DNA from: Nitrospirota bacterium
GTDB taxonomy: Bacteria; Nitrospirota; Thermodesulfovibrionia; SZUA-242
NCBI GenBank assembly: GCA_027021335.1
Contig: JALUUO010000088.1
Coordinates: 37,916 to 101,915, forward strand
Length of the DNA stretch: 64,000 nt
Direction: 5' to 3'
The position numbers and the translations under genes were made by a program. Below, piece after piece: positions 58,940 to 64,000 of this stretch (position 1 is the first letter of the stretch; the number at the start of each line of letters is the position of its first letter). Under the pieces are notes generated by a model. That model saw nothing but the letters and a program-made list of their open reading frames with translations. It did not search any database and was not told the DNA's origin.

Positions 58940-60697
58940 ATGCGCCTGAAAACCGGCTTTTGCTTGGTGGGGCTAATAGTGGTTTTATCCGGTTTTTTCA
59001 GCGCTTTTTTTATCAGGCCTGCCGAGGCTCTTGCCTCATCCACTGAGGCGCTTGACGTTGTTCTTGCGATTGATGGTTCTGGAAGTATGAAACGTAATGA
59101 CCCTAAAAACCTTAGAAAACAAGCGGCCAAACTTTTTATATCTCTTTTGTCGCCCCGCGACAGGGTTGCTGTAGTAGGCTTCAGCAGTAATGGAGATGTT
59201 CTGTCCGGTTTTAAGAGTACCGGTGATAAAACAAGTAGTGAGAGGCTTTTTCGTGTGATTGATAAAGTATCTTCAAGCGGTCTTCATACGGACATACTTG
59301 ATGCTCTCGAAAAATCCCTGGAGTTGCAGAAAGCCGAACCCAAGGCAGGTCAAAGCAGAATCGTGATACTTATGACCGATGGAAAGGTTGACACAGGAAA
59401 TTCAGAGCGTGACACCCAAAGCGTTATGAGTCTCAGGCAAGAAATTGCCGGTAAGTATAAGGCTGCTGCAACAAGAATATTCAGTATAGCTTTTACCGAA
59501 GAGTCCGATATTGAACTACTTGAGGAGATATCGTTTAAAAGCGGCGGCTCCATGGCGGTTGCCAAAACCAGCGATGATCTGCATCGGATATTCATTCAGT
59601 TTTTCGAAAGTCTTAAGAAGCCTGAAGCAACCCCGGTTAAGGGAAATACTTTTTTGATAGACAGTTCTGTGTCCGAAGCTACACTTATCGCAAAAAAAGC
59701 CTCGCCGGATGTAGAGGTTCAACTTATCACTCCATCCGGAAGTGTTGTAAAAACATTCAGGGAATCAAGCGAGTTTAAAAGGTTTTCGACAGGAGCTTAC
59801 GATCTGCTTACTATGAGGCGGCCGGTTCAGGGCAGATGGAGCATCCGCTTCAGCCATGGAAGTGGCAACAAGGTTGTTCTAATTACAGACCTGAAGCTTG
59901 AATCTTCCATGAAAGAGCCTTTTTTATCCAAGGATATGCATTTGCCGGTGGAGGTTTATCTTACGCAGAACGACGAACTTCTTAATGAAAAGGATATCCT
60001 TGAGTCAACAAGGTTTTCACTTACTGTTTTTGGACCGGGTGCCGAGGATGTAAAGACGATTGAGCTTTTTGACGATGGCAAGGAAGGAGACAGGTACTCT
60101 GATGACGGAATCTTTTCCGCAGTGATAGGTCTTAATGAGACAGGTGATTATAAGCTTATGGCCAACGCTGAAGGAACAACGTTCTCCCGTGTTAAGGAAG
60201 CCGCCTTCAGGGTGAACGATTGGTGGTTTATTCCGACTCTTAACTACATTATGACCGATGGCAAAGGCTTTGTTGATGTGCGTCTAAGAAGCCGCGGTGA
60301 GTTAAGGGCTGAAGAAGTAACCCTTGAGGGAGAACTAAACGATAATGAAAGCAATATAGACCTGAAGTTTGTACCGACTCCTGAGGGGTTCAGGGCTTCT
60401 CTGAGCAGGCCTCTCAAGGCAGGTGCCTACGGTGTAAGTTTAAGGCTAAAACAGGTTCTTGAGATTGGTGCATGGATTGAATACCCGGAAATGGAGATTG
60501 AAGTTTCGGAGGCGGTTGCATCTATTTCGACCGAAAATGAGGCTTCTGATACCCCTCCTTCCGTATCTTCCGGCTGGGGCCGTGCGCTGGCACAATTTTT
60601 TGTAATAAATATTTTAGTTGCTGTTTTTGCCTCGGTTTTGATATACAGGCGGAAATTGCAGAATATATTCCAGGATTTACTTAGGAAGAAAGAATAG
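58940..60697 (+). CDS. Exported vWA-domain protein with C-terminal membrane anchor
   Basis: Signal peptide, intact MIDAS DGSGS...T...MTDG, acidic motif LFDDGKEGDRYSDDGIFS, C-terminal TM followed by RRK. Start probably ATG 58940 (alternative 58871). Confidence 0.85.
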   Translation: MRLKTGFCLVGLIVVLSGFFSAFFIRPAEALASSTEALDVVLAIDGSGSMKRNDPKNLRKQAAKLFISLLSPRDRVAVVGFSSNGDVLSGFKSTGDKTSSERLFRVIDKVSSSGLHTDILDALEKSLELQKAEPKAGQSRIVILMTDGKVDTGNSERDTQSVMSLRQEIAGKYKAAATRIFSIAFTEESDIELLEEISFKSGGSMAVAKTSDDLHRIFIQFFESLKKPEATPVKGNTFLIDSSVSEATLIAKKASPDVEVQLITPSGSVVKTFRESSEFKRFSTGAYDLLTMRRPVQGRWSIRFSHGSGNKVVLITDLKLESSMKEPFLSKDMHLPVEVYLTQNDELLNEKDILESTRFSLTVFGPGAEDVKTIELFDDGKEGDRYSDDGIFSAVIGLNETGDYKLMANAEGTTFSRVKEAAFRVNDWWFIPTLNYIMTDGKGFVDVRLRSRGELRAEEVTLEGELNDNESNIDLKFVPTPEGFRASLSRPLKAGAYGVSLRLKQVLEIGAWIEYPEMEIEVSEAVASISTENEASDTPPSVSSGWGRALAQFFVINILVAVFASVLIYRRKLQNIFQDLLRKKE

Positions 60698-61488
60698 TGA
60701 TCGGTGTTCCGTATCTCGTACTGCTTGGTTTGATAGAAGTTGTAGTCGTCCTTTTTGCGGTTGTGGTTCTGCTTGGAGTTAAGCTGCGGAAAAGTGAGTT
60801 GTCCGTATCTGAAGATGAAGCAGACAATGAGCCTGCCGATATTGAAGCTCTTAAAGATAAAATACGTGTTTTGGAATCCGAACTTGAAGAGGCTCGGGCC
60901 GAATTGTCTGAACTGCAAACAGGGGAAAATTCAGAGGAAGATAAACTGGCAGATATTGAAGCCCTCAAGGAGACAATTCGTGGTTTGGAATCTGAGTTGG
61001 AGAAGGCTTACGCTGTAGAAAAGTCTTCTCCCGACGAGGAATCCCCTGAGCCGGATATGATAAAAGAGGCTGCTGAACCGGACAATGGTGAGAATGTATC
61101 TGCAACTCCCCAGGATGTTGTTCTTATGAACTCTCTCCAGATAAAAATTCTCCGTGAGCAGCAGGTGGAGCTTGCAAGCGTTCTGGAAACTCTCGAAAAT
61201 ACTGACCAGGGATCAGGCGCTCAGGAGACGGCAGAAGAAGTTGCCCGGTTGAAAGATATCGAGCAGAATATTTTAGGAGTTATTGAAGCCTTTGAGAAGG
61301 AGAACTCCGCACTTAAACAGTTGATTGAGAGTTGGGATAGAGACACCGACCGGGAAGGGGTGGATGAAGAGCTTGCGGCCAGCAGAATACGGATTGCCGA
61401 GCTTCAGGAGGAGTTGAGTAAAACCAGGGAGGAGATAACATCTCTTGAGCACGAGTATGATGTTCTTTTTAAAAAAACCAACGGATAA
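60697..61488 (+). CDS. Acidic coiled-coil protein with N-terminal TM
   Basis: Hydrophobic N-terminus, heptad-rich acidic body, 20-aa internal duplication; overlaps the vWA gene stop. Confidence 0.8.
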   Translation: MIGVPYLVLLGLIEVVVVLFAVVVLLGVKLRKSELSVSEDEADNEPADIEALKDKIRVLESELEEARAELSELQTGENSEEDKLADIEALKETIRGLESELEKAYAVEKSSPDEESPEPDMIKEAAEPDNGENVSATPQDVVLMNSLQIKILREQQVELASVLETLENTDQGSGAQETAEEVARLKDIEQNILGVIEAFEKENSALKQLIESWDRDTDREGVDEELAASRIRIAELQEELSKTREEITSLEHEYDVLFKKTNG

Positions 61489-61500
61489 AGGAGGATTCAA

Positions 61501-61776
61501 GTGTTAGAAGGAATGGCTGAGGGTATTTATACTAAAAAAAGTTATGGAAAACTGGGGGTTGGAATTACCGCTAAGGAGTCTTTTGTAGAGACGTTCTGGT
61601 TTCCTTATAAAATGAGCGATGGGTTTGTTGAGGTGATGCTGGTGACGGACAACCTTGAACGGGTCCTTAATTTAAAGGAGAAAATCTCTATCGAGAACTT
61701 TCACAAGGAGTATACTTTAAAGGAAGGCAGTAAGGCCCTTTACGATAAACTTAAGGAGTCACTCTCTCTTTCCTGA
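61501..61776 (+). CDS. Small hypothetical protein
   Basis: AAGGAGG RBS before the GTG; co-oriented, 12 nt after the previous gene. Confidence 0.75.
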   Translation: MLEGMAEGIYTKKSYGKLGVGITAKESFVETFWFPYKMSDGFVEVMLVTDNLERVLNLKEKISIENFHKEYTLKEGSKALYDKLKESLSLS

Positions 61777-61881
61777 TTCACATCTTCTGTTGCCTGTAAC
61801 CTTTCTGTTGAAAGACTGCTTGCGGTTTGCTTTTTTGTAATGTATGCTTAATGAATAGAATTATATTATAGATTAGTAAAT

Positions 61882-62065
61882 CCTGACAGCTGCATAAATT
61901 TTTATGTTGAGAGCGTTTAAAGGCTGTTTTTTAGGTGCAGCCGGAGCACTTCCCGGGTTGGCCAGTAGTTATACGTGAAGTTTGTAAAACGTGGGAATAT
62001 GTCTAAAAAGCGTGGTTTGCACGCAGAAAATACGATTTCAATCTAAAATTCATGCAGCTGTCAGG
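61882..62065. mobile_element. Non-coding element bounded by terminal inverted repeats (MITE-like)
   Basis: Left CCTGACAGCTGCATAAATTTT; right end reverse-complements to CCTGACAGCTGCATGAATTTT (20 of 21 match); 184 bp, no ORF. Confidence 0.7.
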
Positions 62066-62120
62066 TTTACTTGATGATGTTTTAAATTTTTTTAAACCCT
62101 TCAGCCTAAAGACCTGAAAA

Positions 62121-63779
62121 ATGTACAAAAAACACTTCGGCCTTAAAGACAAACCTTTCAACCTGACTCCTGATCCGGCATATCTTTATCTTAGTGGCTC
62201 TTGCAATAACGCACTGGAACATTTTTCCTCCCTGATTTCCGGAAAAAACAGGCTTGTTGTATTTACCGGAGCAATAGGTTCGGGGAAAACAGTACTTTTA
62301 AGGTCATTTGTTAAGAAAGTCTCTGCTGAAACAGAACTTATACATTTTAATTATGCAGGCGATGACCGAAGTCAGTTTCTGCAAGTCGCCCTTCATGCTT
62401 TTGGAGCCGGAGAGGTTGATTCGGCTGCTGCTGACCTGGGTTGTCTTCGTGATGAATTTAAAAAACTTCTGGCTGGCAAAATCCGAGAAGACGGCTGTCT
62501 TGTATGCGTGATAGATGAAGCTCAGAATCTTGGTAAATCCGCTCTTGACGAGGCCTGGAGGATGTTGGATGTCGAGATTGACGATCGTCGTCCTGTGCGT
62601 ATGCTGCTTGCGGGGTTACCCAAACTCCAGGAACGTGTTAAATCATTGAAAAGAAAGGATTCTGCTGACAATGGGATTGTATCGTACCATCTGGAACTGC
62701 TATCCGGAAACGAGGTTGCTGAGTATATACGGCACAGGCTATCTGTTGCGGGTTTTCAGGGTGCATCCGTTTTTTCAGATGACGGAGTAAAGGATATCGC
62801 ACGTGTATCAGAGGGAACGCCGAGGTTAATTAACATAATTTGTGATTCCGCCCTTTTGAACGCTTATTTTATGGAAGAACGATCTGTTACCCCGGAAATA
62901 CTGAAAGAGGTTTTCCAGGATCTTTTCTATAAAAGCGGACTCATGGATAGGAGTATTTCTTCGTCGTCAATTGAATTGTTATCTTCCGGCATAAAGAGCG
63001 CGAAAAATGTTGTTGCAGATCCTGCCGACCTGCATGCTCTACGGCAAGGTGATGGCGGGATTGTGACCAAAGCTTATTATCGCGAAGTTACGACTGGATC
63101 AGATACGGAAACTGCGGAGCCGGAACGTCCGGACCAGGTTGCAGGAACCTCAGAAAAAACAGGTGTGCAACTGTTGGATAGAATTATAGATTTCGCTGAT
63201 TCGCTTACCGGCCTTGGAGTCTCCAGGGATGCTGCTATGGATGCTTTCAGGGATTACGTGGGCGCTGATAAGCCTGGTGAGAGATCTATTGAACTGGATT
63301 CTGACGATCTTCCCTTGTCGGTGCTGCTTCTTGAAAAAAATGCGCGTATGAAGATGCACCTGGAAAACAAGTTTCACGAGGTGGGTTTTAACCCTATTGT
63401 TCTTACAAGTTCGGGTGATCTTTTCGAAGTTCTTAATTCTGCCGATCCACTGGAAATTCAGGTTTTGGTAGCGGATGCTGGTTATTTTATTGAAGATGGG
63501 AAAAACAATAATTTCGAAGGATGGGACGAGTTAAAACGTATACGGGCTGATTATGCGTACCTGCCCTTGCTGATTACATCCGTGATGCCGCTTACGACTG
63601 TCCGTGCAAACTTTATACAGGTCGGGATACCGTTTCTGCTTCACAAGCCTGATTTGGGCCGTATGGATCTCTCCATGGTCAGGCGTGAGTTCGGCAGGTT
63701 TTTCCAGGAGCTTTATGGAAGTGTGATCGGAATACATTCCATGTTCAATGCTTTTTACCGGAGGGTTTCCGGTGTTTAA
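62121..63779 (+). CDS. ExeA/GspA-family AAA ATPase with C-terminal receiver-like domain
   Basis: MYKKHFGLKDKPF..TPDP, Walker A GAIGSGKT, Walker B VIDEAQ, LAGLP.L, YIRHRL, G.PRLIN.ICD; C-terminal VLLLE...VLVAD...LLITS...LHKP. Confidence 0.88.
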   Translation: MYKKHFGLKDKPFNLTPDPAYLYLSGSCNNALEHFSSLISGKNRLVVFTGAIGSGKTVLLRSFVKKVSAETELIHFNYAGDDRSQFLQVALHAFGAGEVDSAAADLGCLRDEFKKLLAGKIREDGCLVCVIDEAQNLGKSALDEAWRMLDVEIDDRRPVRMLLAGLPKLQERVKSLKRKDSADNGIVSYHLELLSGNEVAEYIRHRLSVAGFQGASVFSDDGVKDIARVSEGTPRLINIICDSALLNAYFMEERSVTPEILKEVFQDLFYKSGLMDRSISSSSIELLSSGIKSAKNVVADPADLHALRQGDGGIVTKAYYREVTTGSDTETAEPERPDQVAGTSEKTGVQLLDRIIDFADSLTGLGVSRDAAMDAFRDYVGADKPGERSIELDSDDLPLSVLLLEKNARMKMHLENKFHEVGFNPIVLTSSGDLFEVLNSADPLEIQVLVADAGYFIEDGKNNNFEGWDELKRIRADYAYLPLLITSVMPLTTVRANFIQVGIPFLLHKPDLGRMDLSMVRREFGRFFQELYGSVIGIHSMFNAFYRRVSGV

Positions 63780-63817
63780 AAAGATTTGTTTTTAAAACCA
63801 GTAGGAGGAAGAAAGTA

Positions 63818-64000
63818 ATGGAGAATAGGCAGAGGATAGGTGAACTTTTACTTGATCTCAATATTGTCAGCAAGGAGGATCTGAACCTGGCAATCGAGGA
63901 GCAGAAACGTACAGGAAAGCGTCTTGGAGCAACGTTGCTCAAGATGGAAATTCTTTCCGAGGAGGATCTTGAGTATCTTCTGAGCAGGCAGTTGAATACG
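63818..64000 (+). CDS. MshEN / GspE-PilB N-terminal domain protein (3'-partial, missing from the ORF track)
   Basis: AGGAGG RBS; MENRQRIGELLLDLNIVSKEDLNLAIEEQKRTGKRLGATLLKMEILSEEDLEYLLSRQLNT. Confidence 0.88.
   Translation, partial: MENRQRIGELLLDLNIVSKEDLNLAIEEQKRTGKRLGATLLKMEILSEEDLEYLLSRQLNT

Overview
This 64-kb window is mostly core bacterial chromosome. Gene order and protein style suggest an anaerobic Nitrospirota or Desulfobacterota-like organism (inference only, no search run). From left to right it holds: the 3' part of an MCP gene; a decayed IS5 left end; a complete minus-strand dcw cluster (mraZ to ftsZ) with MraZ boxes; speE, a dCMP deaminase, rpmB and ylxR-infB; an AT-richer three-gene block (NCS2 permease, degenerate 5'-nucleotidase-like domain fused to a tetraheme cytochrome c, DsbA-like lipoprotein); a signalling operon behind a sigma28-like promoter (two hybrid kinases, a single-domain receiver, an orphan PstS-like protein, CheD); a priming glycosyltransferase; purH split into two genes about 15 kb apart; argS; a radical SAM gene; nifU-nifS; a Gld-like ABC system; an orphan motAB pair; the rpmH-rnpA-yidD-yidC-mnmE cluster with no dnaA beside it; a two-component pair; three tRNAs; and a vWA / coiled-coil / ExeA-receiver / MshEN cluster running off the right edge. 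I found no CRISPR array, prophage, intact transposase or rRNA. The best candidates for something undescribed are the nucleotidase-like/tetraheme + DsbA + permease block, the vWA-ExeA-MshEN cluster, and an rnpA gene whose conserved N-terminus has no canonical start codon. All function calls come from reading motifs by eye.
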